Positions 49,080-57,503 of a DNA stretch of 64,000 bases are shown here, one piece after another. The stretch is from a virus (taxonomy: Duplodnaviria; Caudoviricetes): the IMG/VR virus record IMGVR_UViG_3300025577_000005, positions 1 to 64,000 of that record; one strand, 5' to 3'. The position numbers and the translations under genes are program-made. Under the pieces are notes generated by a model that was not told where the DNA came from, did not search any database, and saw only the letters and a program-made list of their open reading frames with translations. Each line of letters starts with the position of its first letter. Position 1 is the first letter of the stretch.

Positions 49080-49131
49080 TTTTCCACACAAATAATAGGG
49101 TTTATCCACAGAAATACAATACTTTTCCACA
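49080..49131 (+). promoter_or_regulatory. Three co-oriented DnaA boxes
   Basis: TTTTCCACA (49080), TTATCCACA (49102), TTTTCCACA (49123); start-to-start spacing 22 and 21 bp. Confidence 0.7.
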
Positions 49132-49224
49132 ACTATGTAAAAAACAGTTTTATATTTATAATCATATTTAAAACCTATTTTTTAATCAATAATGTATCCG
49201 TTGTTACCATTAGTTCATTAGTAT

Positions 49225-49503
49225 TCACCATTTACCTATTGGACACTGACTCACACCGAACTTCACCTTAGTACCCAGATAACAACCACACTGTCTACAT
49301 CTATTCTGTCTTACACTATAATAATCACACTTCTTACATATATCCATTCTTTCCTTCTGTTCTTCTTTAGATAGAAGTAACTTACTCTCATTACTAGGTG
49401 ATAGATCAATTACATTCTTGACTACTTCAAATGTAAACTTTGCTAAATTCTTTCCTTGTTCATTAACAGAAGGAAAGTCTTCATCTCTATTCTTCTCTTC
49501 CAT
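49225..49503 (-). CDS. Small Cys-rich protein (CxxC...CxxCGC...CP.GKW)
   Basis: ERMDICKKCDYY...RCRQCGCYL...CPIGKW. Confidence 0.8.
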   Translation of the reverse strand: MEEKNRDEDFPSVNEQGKNLAKFTFEVVKNVIDLSPSNESKLLLSKEEQKERMDICKKCDYYSVRQNRCRQCGCYLGTKVKFGVSQCPIGKW

Positions 49504-50113
49504 AATTCATTCCTCCCAGATAGAACCATCCTGTCGCAACATACTTATTCCCCTTTAATACTAATCCTCCTCTATGGCAATGTGTCATACCTGCAGGCCA
49601 TATAAGTAACTTACCTCTCTCTGGTTGTATTCTTTTCTTATAATACAAGTACTCTGTTTCTCCTCCTTCATAATCATCATTCAAATAGATCATCCATACA
49701 AGAGATCTTCGTGCTTCTTGTACACTACTATTCTCATCGTGCCAGACATGATAACCTCCTCCTGCTGGTGTCTTCTGTATCTTTTGTGCCAATGAATAAA
49801 ATGGTACTATTTTTAAATGACCAAAGACTTGTGTATACTCTTCTAAACATTCAAACAATACTTCATTCATTTGTTGTGATACAGGACCATTCATACTCGG
49901 ACTCATATCATGTAAATCTAATGCCCAATCAAACCTACCGGCATTACTATTCTCAAATTGATCATCCTCACAATAAACTGCATCAATATCCTGATAATAA
50001 TCAAAACCCCTTATAATCTCATTACAATACTCCGTAGAATATACACATGAGTATTCTCCAATGAAATCAGAATACCTTCCCTTCAATTCAGTTGATTCTT
50101 TCATGTCTTTCAA
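49487..50113 (-). CDS. 2OG-Fe(II) oxygenase, prolyl-4-hydroxylase-like
   Basis: YHVWHDE, WMIYLND, GGETEY, LIWPAGMTHCHRG, KYVATGW. Confidence 0.88.
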   Translation of the reverse strand: MKDMKESTELKGRYSDFIGEYSCVYSTEYCNEIIRGFDYYQDIDAVYCEDDQFENSNAGRFDWALDLHDMSPSMNGPVSQQMNEVLFECLEEYTQVFGHLKIVPFYSLAQKIQKTPAGGGYHVWHDENSSVQEARRSLVWMIYLNDDYEGGETEYLYYKKRIQPERGKLLIWPAGMTHCHRGGLVLKGNKYVATGWFYLGGMNYGREE

Positions 50114-50420
50114 TAAGTTCTTGATATTCTGGATACTTCTCTATTATAACATCTTTTAACTGATTATAATGTTTATTCTTCCATTCCTCATCATTTGATA
50201 TCCATTTATCTAAAGGACAATCACCCCATGGATCTTTTATCTTATGTGGCAAATAACATCCACATTCCTTACATCCTTCCTCCGGTTCATCAAAGTGTTC
50301 ACATCCTTCACATATACTCCACCGTTCTTTCTGACAATTCTTTGATGCATGAAATGATTCGTGCATCTCTTGAAGAAAAAACTCATCCATAAATTTAAAT
50401 ATCAATTCATTTAACATCAT
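50088..50420 (-). CDS. Small Cys-rich protein, paralogue of 49225-49503
   Basis: ERWSICEGCEHF...GCKECGCYL...CPLDKW. Confidence 0.8.
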   Translation of the reverse strand: MMLNELIFKFMDEFFLQEMHESFHASKNCQKERWSICEGCEHFDEPEEGCKECGCYLPHKIKDPWGDCPLDKWISNDEEWKNKHYNQLKDVIIEKYPEYQELIERHERIN

Positions 50421-50432
50421 ATTGTTTTTTTA

Positions 50433-51608
50433 TTATATATTAGTGATTGATCCCTTTACAGTATTGTTAGTATAATATTCGACTCTGGCATTTCTTTTCT
50501 GAATTGATTTTCCTCCACTTCCTCCTCCAACCACACTCTGTCCCCATTTACCACCAGAATTTCCGGGATTACCACTATTACCTGTCGAACTTCCTCCACT
50601 ACAACTATTCGTGGATCCACTTCCTCCAGGATTACCACTTCCTGGACTATTGAAATTACTAAATCCCTGTCCAACTCCTCCACCACCGGCAGCTCCAGCT
50701 GCACCTCCACCAATACTAAAATTGATTGGTTTGTAACAATTAATCGACCAATTTGCCGAACACTGATAATTACCTGCCGGATATACACCCATTCCTCTTC
50801 TTGATCCACTTCCACGACAACGATTTCTGATAGCAGTTTGATTCGCATTCATCCACCTTGCTCCAGATCCCAGTGCAATGCGACACGACCGACCAGGCAT
50901 TGCAGATGCTAAATTAGTTCCACTCGTATAAGGATTAGATACACCATACCTATACTGAGTAGCACTACAATTATTAATAGATCCTCCAGGATTTCCGGGA
51001 TTGCCCGATGTACCTGCTCCACCACCAGCCCAGATCCTACCATAAGATCGAATCTCAACATCTGATTTCGTATAAGTATTGTTCACATATAATGCATCTC
51101 CTCCACTTCCTCCAAGAGCACCACCTTCTCCATAAATTGCACCCGCTTGATCAACCTCTATCTCTAAATTATATAAATTTCCATCAAATGTAAGTGCATC
51201 TTTATCAGTTTGATTTGCAAAAATCGTTCCTGTTACATCAAACTTCTTTAAAACATTACGACTTAAATTTCCATTCCATGTTGATGTATTAGTATCACCA
51301 TATTCCAATTCTTCATTATTTCCACTCTGAGTGACATTATATCCTGTAATTGTATCTCTTAATGAATCTACCGTCCAGTCATTATTTGTTGAAGTAACAC
51401 TACTATTTTCTGTTGCATCCGGTATCCTTGGACTAATTGATGATGCATTAGGTCCATCCCAATCAACATCATCACCAGTATTTCTTAAATATGCACTCGC
51501 CTTGATATCAGAAGTATTTCCACCAAATTGCGCCTTAATCTGCGAAAATGAAATCGGATTACCCGCACCAGATGTAAAGTGTGATGTTTTTGTGACGTTC
51601 GTTGCCAT
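50433..51608 (-). CDS. Gly-rich adhesin/fibre-tip-like protein
   Basis: Start MATNVTKTS at 51608 behind a late promoter; PISFSQIKAQFGG N-terminus; IYGEGG...GGDALY...GRIWAGGGAG motifs reminiscent of T-even gp38 polyglycine adhesins. Confidence 0.65.
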   Translation of the reverse strand: MATNVTKTSHFTSGAGNPISFSQIKAQFGGNTSDIKASAYLRNTGDDVDWDGPNASSISPRIPDATENSSVTSTNNDWTVDSLRDTITGYNVTQSGNNEELEYGDTNTSTWNGNLSRNVLKKFDVTGTIFANQTDKDALTFDGNLYNLEIEVDQAGAIYGEGGALGGSGGDALYVNNTYTKSDVEIRSYGRIWAGGGAGTSGNPGNPGGSINNCSATQYRYGVSNPYTSGTNLASAMPGRSCRIALGSGARWMNANQTAIRNRCRGSGSRRGMGVYPAGNYQCSANWSINCYKPINFSIGGGAAGAAGGGGVGQGFSNFNSPGSGNPGGSGSTNSCSGGSSTGNSGNPGNSGGKWGQSVVGGGSGGKSIQKRNARVEYYTNNTVKGSITNI

Positions 51609-51627
51609 GAATATAATGACTTTTTTA

Positions 51628-51635
51628 TATTTATT
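51628..51635 (-). promoter_or_regulatory. Late promoter (AATAAATA)
   Basis: About 20 nt upstream of the Gly-rich gene start. Confidence 0.6.
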
Positions 51636-52128
51636 GTGGAGAATACTTAATTGCAACCGTAAATCGATGACCATTCCGAAATGATGTTGCACGATGTAAA
51701 ATCCTACCATCAAACATGACTAATCGATTTGGTATTGGAATCACACCATAAATGTTCTCATCCACATAAAATTGTGTCTCCCCTCCTTCTTGTAAATCAA
51801 ATCTATCATTCGCATAATGTAAAAATGTAACTCCCTCCCCATCAGTATGAAAATATGGATTCTCATTTGGAGCAAAACAATTAATATACATCCGATATAA
51901 TTTCATATTAGAAAGAAATGAACATTTATCCATTAACTTCTTACGAAATAACTTATATACAAATTCTGTCTCTGGTATGTTATGCACCATTCCCGTCACA
52001 ATATCATCACCATTATCACTCTCACCATAATGATATGATGCATTTAAACAATAATCCCGAACAATCTTAAATTCTTTATTTTCTAAAAAATTATCATCAA
52101 AATTAATTTCCATGTTTTCGATCTCCAT
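51631..52128 (-). CDS. 2OG-Fe(II) oxygenase
   Basis: YFHTDG (HxD), GGETQF, PNRLVMFDGRILHRA, RFTVAIK. Confidence 0.88.
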   Translation of the reverse strand: MEIENMEINFDDNFLENKEFKIVRDYCLNASYHYGESDNGDDIVTGMVHNIPETEFVYKLFRKKLMDKCSFLSNMKLYRMYINCFAPNENPYFHTDGEGVTFLHYANDRFDLQEGGETQFYVDENIYGVIPIPNRLVMFDGRILHRATSFRNGHRFTVAIKYSPQ

Positions 52129-52750
52129 ATTGTTTGATCCAAATATTAAATGAAATTGATATTCTTGGATTGTTTGGTGTCGGATCCGACTTACTCACAT
52201 AATGACTCAAATATGGTGGAAACATTAATAAATCACCCTCACGAACATAAGGTGACCATCTACCATTACCATAATAATTTGAATCCATCTCTATTGTATT
52301 ATATCTTTTTTCCTCAATCGGATCAACAAATATTACTGGTTCATGAACTTCTGAGTCAAATTTTAAATAATGAATACAAGAGAAATGTGATCTTCTTGAG
52401 AAAACATCAAAACTTGAATGTGTGTGCTGTTCCTGAAATTCACCTTTTGAATAAACATTTAACCAAATATCATCAAACTCAAATTCAACTGGTTTATCAA
52501 AAAACTTTTTTACATAATCATGATAGTACTTGAAAAATATACTATCCTCATGAAAAATAAATGAATTAATTTCATTTATATCAAATGTAGTAAACAGACT
52601 GTCAGTCAACCAACCATCAGGAACTTTTAAATTTTTTTTCTTATAAAGATATTCGATTTTATCTAATACATCATCTAAGATTAATCCGTTTTCACGAATA
52701 TTTGTCTGAAACAAATGTATAGGAAATAATACTTTCTTATAACGATTCAT
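52103..52750 (-). CDS. Putative 2OG-Fe(II) oxygenase (HxH, TIGR02466-like)
   Basis: WLNVY...QEQHTH, FSCIHY, EGDLLMFPPYLSHYV, RISISFN. Confidence 0.85.
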   Translation of the reverse strand: MNRYKKVLFPIHLFQTNIRENGLILDDVLDKIEYLYKKKNLKVPDGWLTDSLFTTFDINEINSFIFHEDSIFFKYYHDYVKKFFDKPVEFEFDDIWLNVYSKGEFQEQHTHSSFDVFSRRSHFSCIHYLKFDSEVHEPVIFVDPIEEKRYNTIEMDSNYYGNGRWSPYVREGDLLMFPPYLSHYVSKSDPTPNNPRISISFNIWIKQYGDRKHGN

Positions 52751-52985
52751 AAATGCTCTTCCGGCTCTTCACATAAGTTAGATCTTTCCATTGATGAGGA
52801 TAACAACAAAGCAGAGTATGAATATACTTATGTTTCTCTTCTCTGGTATACTCACAGTTTGGTTTAGGTCTTACTCCTGTCTCAATCGTAATATAGGCAC
52901 TATCAACAAAGTATACCCATCCCTCATGTATAATACCATGATGATTCCATATTACATAATCATTAACCTTTGGAACATAACTCAT
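52737..52985 (-). CDS. Hypothetical protein
   Basis: 82-aa ORF overlapping neighbours in operon fashion. Confidence 0.75.
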   Translation of the reverse strand: MSYVPKVNDYVIWNHHGIIHEGWVYFVDSAYITIETGVRPKPNCEYTREEKHKYIHTLLCCYPHQWKDLTYVKSRKSIYESL

Positions 52986-53260
52986 GAATACAATATTGCT
53001 TCTAATGGATTTAGGTTCTTTTTCATTGCACTATAAGGAGTTGTATCCTGAATCAATACTTCCTTACCTACCTTCTTTGAATTAATCGGTGCATAATACT
53101 TTCCCTTCTTTGATGAATAGAATCCCCATATTGATTTGGGTGGTGTATCTCTATAAGAGAAGTCTGCATGATTGACTATCCATACTGCATCATACCTTGC
53201 GCTAAATGATTCAAATGAATAAGAAAAACCTTCGGGTGGTAGGTGTGGGAAATCAATCAT
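52982..53260 (-). CDS. Hypothetical protein
   Basis: 92 aa; SIWGFY...APINSKKVGKEV...TTPYSAM. Confidence 0.8.
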   Translation of the reverse strand: MIDFPHLPPEGFSYSFESFSARYDAVWIVNHADFSYRDTPPKSIWGFYSSKKGKYYAPINSKKVGKEVLIQDTTPYSAMKKNLNPLEAILYS

Positions 53261-53409
53261 TGGACTCTTACAATCTTTAATCGTTTTGGATTTGTACCAT
53301 CATTTAAATTTTCTTCATATTGTCTCTTACATTCCTCCTTTGTTAATGCTCCCGTAACATCAGTCCATCCCATCGTCCCTTCTTCCTGTAGTTTATATAA
53401 TTCTTCCAT
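53257..53409 (-). CDS. Small hypothetical protein (not in ORF track)
   Basis: MEELYKLQEEGTMGWTDVTGALTKEECKRQYEENLNDGTNPKRLKIVRVQ; ATGA coupling. Confidence 0.7.
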   Translation of the reverse strand: MEELYKLQEEGTMGWTDVTGALTKEECKRQYEENLNDGTNPKRLKIVRVQ

Positions 53410-53414
53410 AGAGA

Positions 53415-53645
53415 TTAAGTGCAGAATGCTTCTATTATACCAGATTCATATTCATCTAGCAAGCTGAGTTTATTTGCGGTAATAATCTTTTCCATAATCA
53501 AATGTCCATAGTCCTCATTAAATGATTCCTCATCAGATAACAATTCAAGGGCTTCTGCATCATTCTCTGCAATCAATGTAATTAACCCTCCATACTCTGA
53601 CTGTGGAAATGGCACCCAGTAATCAACAACATACATGTATTTCAC
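53415..53645 (-). CDS. Hypothetical protein
   Basis: YVVDYWVPFPQSEYGGL; GTGA coupling. Confidence 0.75.
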   Translation of the reverse strand: MKYMYVVDYWVPFPQSEYGGLITLIAENDAEALELLSDEESFNEDYGHLIMEKIITANKLSLLDEYESGIIEAFCT

Positions 53646-53818
53646 AAGAACTCCGCAGTAAAGTAATCAACAGTCAGTTCCATCTTTGCAGCAGTGTTTT
53701 CAATAAACTGATCTAATACCTCAGGTGCATCTTCTTTGACCACATTATACCATGAATACCATAACTCTGGATTTGTTTGTGGGGTCACTGGTGTTCTTTT
53801 AGAAAGAGGGTTCAACAT
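53642..53818 (-). CDS. Hypothetical protein
   Basis: ...AAKMELTVDYFTAEFL; start may be 53827. Confidence 0.65.
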   Translation of the reverse strand: MLNPLSKRTPVTPQTNPELWYSWYNVVKEDAPEVLDQFIENTAAKMELTVDYFTAEFL

Positions 53819-54014
53819 AAGATTCATAATTGAGTTCGACGTTTGTTGTGTCTAATGTGGCATAATAATCATACAACCGATCATACAAGGTGTCAATACT
53901 ACCTGATGATCGATTGATCTGTATCTCATCTCCGTTCTCTACTAATTCAAGTGCCTTGAGTATAATATCTAACTCATGCACATTCAGTTCAATATTAATC
54001 TCAGTCTTTTTCAT
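53799..54014 (-). CDS. Hypothetical protein
   Basis: 71-aa ORF, ATGA coupling. Confidence 0.7.
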   Translation of the reverse strand: MKKTEINIELNVHELDIILKALELVENGDEIQINRSSGSIDTLYDRLYDYYATLDTTNVELNYESYVEPSF

Positions 54015-54280
54015 TCATTAACTCCTGATAATTCAATTGGTTGTGATTTGAAATACAGTCCGGCAATTTGCATCATATCAATTAACTTTGATTGTATCTC
54101 CTCCAATTCTTCCACATCCAAATCACATTCCCAAAAATCTACCATATTAAATTCATCAAAATCTATCTTTCCATCATTATGAATAGGTGCATAAAACAAT
54201 TCACCTTCAGTGCAAACAGTATAAATGCATCCATAATCTTCACAAGTAACAAATACACCAGAAAAAGTTAGATCAGTCAT
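54011..54280 (-). CDS. Hypothetical protein
   Basis: 89-aa acidic ORF, TAATG coupling. Confidence 0.75.
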   Translation of the reverse strand: MTDLTFSGVFVTCEDYGCIYTVCTEGELFYAPIHNDGKIDFDEFNMVDFWECDLDVEELEEIQSKLIDMMQIAGLYFKSQPIELSGVNE

Positions 54281-54423
54281 TAGAAGTCAAGAATGAGTTT
54301 TTCAAATTGGAGATGGTCATCACAAGAATCATCATCGTGCAAATCAATCATGTCCGTGTCTGTGTGCTTAAAGAGTTTGTCAAACAAGTCATTCACGAAC
54401 TCTTGATTCGATTGTTGAGTCAT
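54280..54423 (-). CDS. Small acidic protein (not in ORF track)
   Basis: MTQQSNQEFVNDLFDKLFKHTDTDMIDLHDDDSCDDHLQFEKLILDF. Confidence 0.6.
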   Translation of the reverse strand: MTQQSNQEFVNDLFDKLFKHTDTDMIDLHDDDSCDDHLQFEKLILDF

Positions 54424-54535
54424 AATAGTTCATCATTTTGGTGTCACGTTCTGCAAGGAACATCAAATAAGATGACATTGCGAACATCGTGATGATAAAT
54501 GCCAGCATGTATTGAATAAAATTAACCTTACTCAT
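54389..54535 (-). CDS. Small membrane protein (not in ORF track)
   Basis: MSKVNFIQYMLAFIITMFAMSSYLMFLAERDTKMM...; one hydrophobic helix; TGATG coupling. Confidence 0.6.
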   Translation of the reverse strand: MSKVNFIQYMLAFIITMFAMSSYLMFLAERDTKMMNYYDSTIESRVRE

Positions 54536-54804
54536 CAACCTACTGCCATAGGAGTATACTCTGAACGTGGCATTTTGTCAAGATTGAAATCAGTTACCAC
54601 CGCACCATTCGCAATACGTGTGTCCCACTCATTACGTGCATTCAGTGCCGTCACAGTTGAATAAGACTTCAGACCATTAGCATTGAAAGTAACACGTTTC
54701 TGAAAACGTTTGACCACAGTGATCATTCCTTTCTCTTCATCTGCCTCGGCAATGAATGCCTCAGGAAAGAAATCAACCGTGGTGACATTGTTGGTGATTT
54801 GCAT
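54535..54804 (-). CDS. Hypothetical early protein
   Basis: Likely start MQITNNVTTVDFFPEAF at 54804 after promoter cassette. Confidence 0.75.
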   Translation of the reverse strand: MQITNNVTTVDFFPEAFIAEADEEKGMITVVKRFQKRVTFNANGLKSYSTVTALNARNEWDTRIANGAVVTDFNLDKMPRSEYTPMAVG

Positions 54805-54892
54805 GGTGAGTGGTGTTCCCTTGATTACCTCTGTATTATAAGGCATCCTGGTGGGGTTTCAGGACACCCTGTGCCACTTGTTTAGGTGTCCA
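54805..54892 (-). promoter_or_regulatory. Early promoter cassette with stem-loop
   Basis: -10 TATAAT at 54835-54840, hairpin TCCTG...CAGGA at 54846-54864, palindrome GTGCCACTTGTTTAGGTGTCCA at 54871-54892. Confidence 0.75.
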
Positions 54893-55352
54893 TTGCTTCG
54901 GCACTATAGACCGTTGTCTGTGCTAGAAATAGAAACTTCATCATATCATGTTCACTATCACTTTGACCGTCTAATCTCTTTGCAGGATCTAATGTATTAC
55001 CCATTAATATTTTTCCTCCTCCCAATCTTTTCTTACATAGGTCAACATTATCTCTCATAATATCCACACCATAGATATCTTTAAGTGCATCTTCCTCACT
55101 CATATTATGAAACAACACTTTCACCCACTTGACTGCTGTTAGAAACTGACCATCTCCACATGCAGGGTCAAGAACTGTTTTGCCTGATACAAACTCATCC
55201 GTACCACATTCACGAATCATTCTTATCACCAAATCAGTCGGAGTAAAAACCTCGGCTGTTACTTTGACTCTGTATTCGTCACGATTAATCTCACCCATAT
55301 AAGAGTGATCATTCATCCTATTCTTTACTTCATCCCACAATTTGTCTGACAT
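54882..55352 (-). CDS. DNA amino-methyltransferase, SAM-binding half (motifs X, I, II, III)
   Basis: Start MSDKLWDEV; EVFTPTDLV (X), VLDPACGDGQFL (I), IYGVDI (II), GNTL (III); no NPPY/F. Confidence 0.8.
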   Translation of the reverse strand: MSDKLWDEVKNRMNDHSYMGEINRDEYRVKVTAEVFTPTDLVIRMIRECGTDEFVSGKTVLDPACGDGQFLTAVKWVKVLFHNMSEEDALKDIYGVDIMRDNVDLCKKRLGGGKILMGNTLDPAKRLDGQSDSEHDMMKFLFLAQTTVYSAEAMDT

Positions 55353-56253
55353 ACACTCTCTCTTGTTCTGTGATGTTGAAGAAATCAAACACATCATCAT
55401 CACTCATTTTACAATCAATTGGTAAATTTGGCAACCTACAAAATACTTTCTCATTACCAAACCCAGACCATTTTGCAGTCTTGAGAATATACTTCATTAG
55501 CGTACTATTCAGGTTATGTGTTAGATTCTCTCCCGATTCTTTATCATTCACCAACACATAATATACCATATCAGTACCACCTAAAATACCATCATCATAA
55601 ACTGGTTTTGTATATCCACTCCGTGACCACATTACTTTCTTCTTTGATGCCCAATCCTGTCGAATTCGTGAATACCAAGTTTGTTTGTTTGTGTGTAGAA
55701 TTGGATGACTATCAATAAACTCTTGTTTAGTTTTAATGTCACAACAGTTATCCCACTTATTGATGATACCAGTCTCCCGTAGCAAATTCACGTTATGACA
55801 CGTCACATAATCATATCTTACATCAAGGTGCTCTCTTATCTCAAACATTACCTTATTATGAACAGATAAGGCATTTTCTGATAAATCTATAGGCAAATAG
55901 AACACTGAATCATCTATTTTACAGTCAAATGTACCGTCTTGAGTAACAACTTTAGTTTTTTCGATGCCGGGACGGTTGGAGACCATATAGTCGGCGAACG
56001 TGCTTCCCACTTCAGGAAAATAAGTTTTTGTATCTAAGTTCAGAAACTTCACTGCCTTAGACTTAAACAGTTGCAGAATCTTACTGGATGGTGATAAGAA
56101 ACTACTAGGAGAAACCTGAAGGAGAATACCTCCAGGTTTTAACCACTCACTGAATGTTTTCTGTGTAAAGTCAATCCATAGCTTATGTTGTGTCTTCTTC
56201 TTATTGGTAGAATCCTGAAATGGTGGATTCGTTACTATTATATCAAACTGCAT
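55330..56253 (-). CDS. DNA amino-methyltransferase, catalytic and TRD half (Eco57I/TaqI gamma-type motifs IV-VIII)
   Basis: Begins MQFDIIVTNPPF (motif IV); LWIDF, LKPGGILLQVSPSSFL, YFPEV; no motif I. Confidence 0.8.
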   Translation of the reverse strand: MQFDIIVTNPPFQDSTNKKKTQHKLWIDFTQKTFSEWLKPGGILLQVSPSSFLSPSSKILQLFKSKAVKFLNLDTKTYFPEVGSTFADYMVSNRPGIEKTKVVTQDGTFDCKIDDSVFYLPIDLSENALSVHNKVMFEIREHLDVRYDYVTCHNVNLLRETGIINKWDNCCDIKTKQEFIDSHPILHTNKQTWYSRIRQDWASKKKVMWSRSGYTKPVYDDGILGGTDMVYYVLVNDKESGENLTHNLNSTLMKYILKTAKWSGFGNEKVFCRLPNLPIDCKMSDDDVFDFFNITEQERVYVRQIVG

Positions 56254-56336
56254 ATTCTCTTAGAGGTGATTTATTTAATTAAACAAACCAATCTCCAATG
56301 AGAATAATGTCGTTATACTTTATCTGTTAGATTAGA

Positions 56337-57413
56337 TCAAACATACTCACGAAACATATCAATCTTCACATAATTTTCCTCATCCTCAAGATGATTATAC
56401 CCATAAAGTTCAAAATTTGCAAACATTATATGAAGTCGCTCATTAATAAATTCTTCCCTTGTTTCGGGAGAAATATATTTATTTTGCAGAGAAAACTGAA
56501 TAGCAATCTTTGCATAATTAATCAAAGTTTTTCTCCAGGTCTCTCTCATTGTTTTCACTTCTTCTGCCGTTTGTGCTTTTTTAGTGAAAATAATGTGACG
56601 AATCTTATTATTTGGATTCATAAACAAATTCCACAATTTAGCAGGAGCATTTGCGCCAGCGTCATCCATACAAATCAAACTGACTTTATATCCATCATTA
56701 CCATTTCCAAGTTCATGATCTTTGACTTCTTGCTTAATTACTCTCTCATCTTTATCATTGATTTTCACAGCAGTGGAAAATCCTTTGTTTACTAAATTTC
56801 TGATAGTTCCCCTTGGAACTTTATGCCAAAATACCTGATTGATTCCAAACTCTGTATCATAAGCATGATCAAATTCATCATCCCCATAGATAATTTCTCC
56901 GGTCACAGGATTAACGGGTTGCCCATGATACCAGGAAATACCTTTATCTTTTTGTGCCCACATTTGTTGTGCAATTTGCTTCATACTCAATTCTCTATGT
57001 GGTTTATGTTGCAGATCAGCAGACATCGCCTCAGAAAATGATGATATTCTTTCATCATATCCCTCAACAGGTGTCATTAACCTAGTTGGATAATACTTAT
57101 ATCCATTGTTTTTAAGAATATTATGACGAGTTCTAGCACTCTTTCCTGAAACATTATTTGTCCCAGGGATAGGAACTGCATGTCCTGGTTCAAAAGAATG
57201 ATCAAATCCCGTTGCTTGTAAATTACTCTCTACTTTTTCATAATTTGTGTGATCATTTATTTTAGTATTTGCATCACACTCATAATCAGACTCCCAATTT
57301 TCAATTGGGATCATCTTAACATCTCCACCATCAATCCATTCATACCCCTCTTTACAATCGGGTGCTTTTGGAAATTTTTGTGCGTTAATTACGCCGAAGG
57401 AATGCTTACTCAT
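56337..57413 (-). CDS. Putative ParB/Srx-domain protein
   Basis: Likely start MSKHSFG behind its own promoter; VESNLQATGF...P...SARTRHNILKNNGYKYYP and later AMSADLQHKPHRELSMKQIA resemble the ParB N-terminal pattern. Confidence 0.5.
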   Translation of the reverse strand: MSKHSFGVINAQKFPKAPDCKEGYEWIDGGDVKMIPIENWESDYECDANTKINDHTNYEKVESNLQATGFDHSFEPGHAVPIPGTNNVSGKSARTRHNILKNNGYKYYPTRLMTPVEGYDERISSFSEAMSADLQHKPHRELSMKQIAQQMWAQKDKGISWYHGQPVNPVTGEIIYGDDEFDHAYDTEFGINQVFWHKVPRGTIRNLVNKGFSTAVKINDKDERVIKQEVKDHELGNGNDGYKVSLICMDDAGANAPAKLWNLFMNPNNKIRHIIFTKKAQTAEEVKTMRETWRKTLINYAKIAIQFSLQNKYISPETREEFINERLHIMFANFELYGYNHLEDEENYVKIDMFREYV

Positions 57414-57435
57414 TGTTTTTTTAAAGGTTGTTTCA

Positions 57436-57464
57436 AGAATACCATGTATATATGAATCTTTCAA
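57436..57464 (-). promoter_or_regulatory. Sigma70-type promoter
   Basis: TTGAAA-17 bp-TATTCT with TGn extension. Confidence 0.6.
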
Positions 57465-57483
57465 GTGAGTTTGAAAGATTCAT
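57452..57483. repeat. Perfect 13-bp inverted repeat
   Basis: ATGAATCTTTCAA-gtgagt-TTGAAAGATTCAT. Confidence 0.85.
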
Positions 57484-57503
57484 TAATAAATCAAAACATT
57501 AGA

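Noticed and set aside
51609-51713. 35-aa N-terminal extension of the Gly-rich protein in the ORF track
   Set aside because: Overlaps the upstream oxygenase; a late promoter at 51628-51635 points to the ATG at 51608
54882-56253. MTase halves as a frameshifted pseudogene
   Set aside because: The motif IV half lies upstream of the motif I half, the reverse of a broken gamma-class gene, and both halves keep intact motifs and start codons
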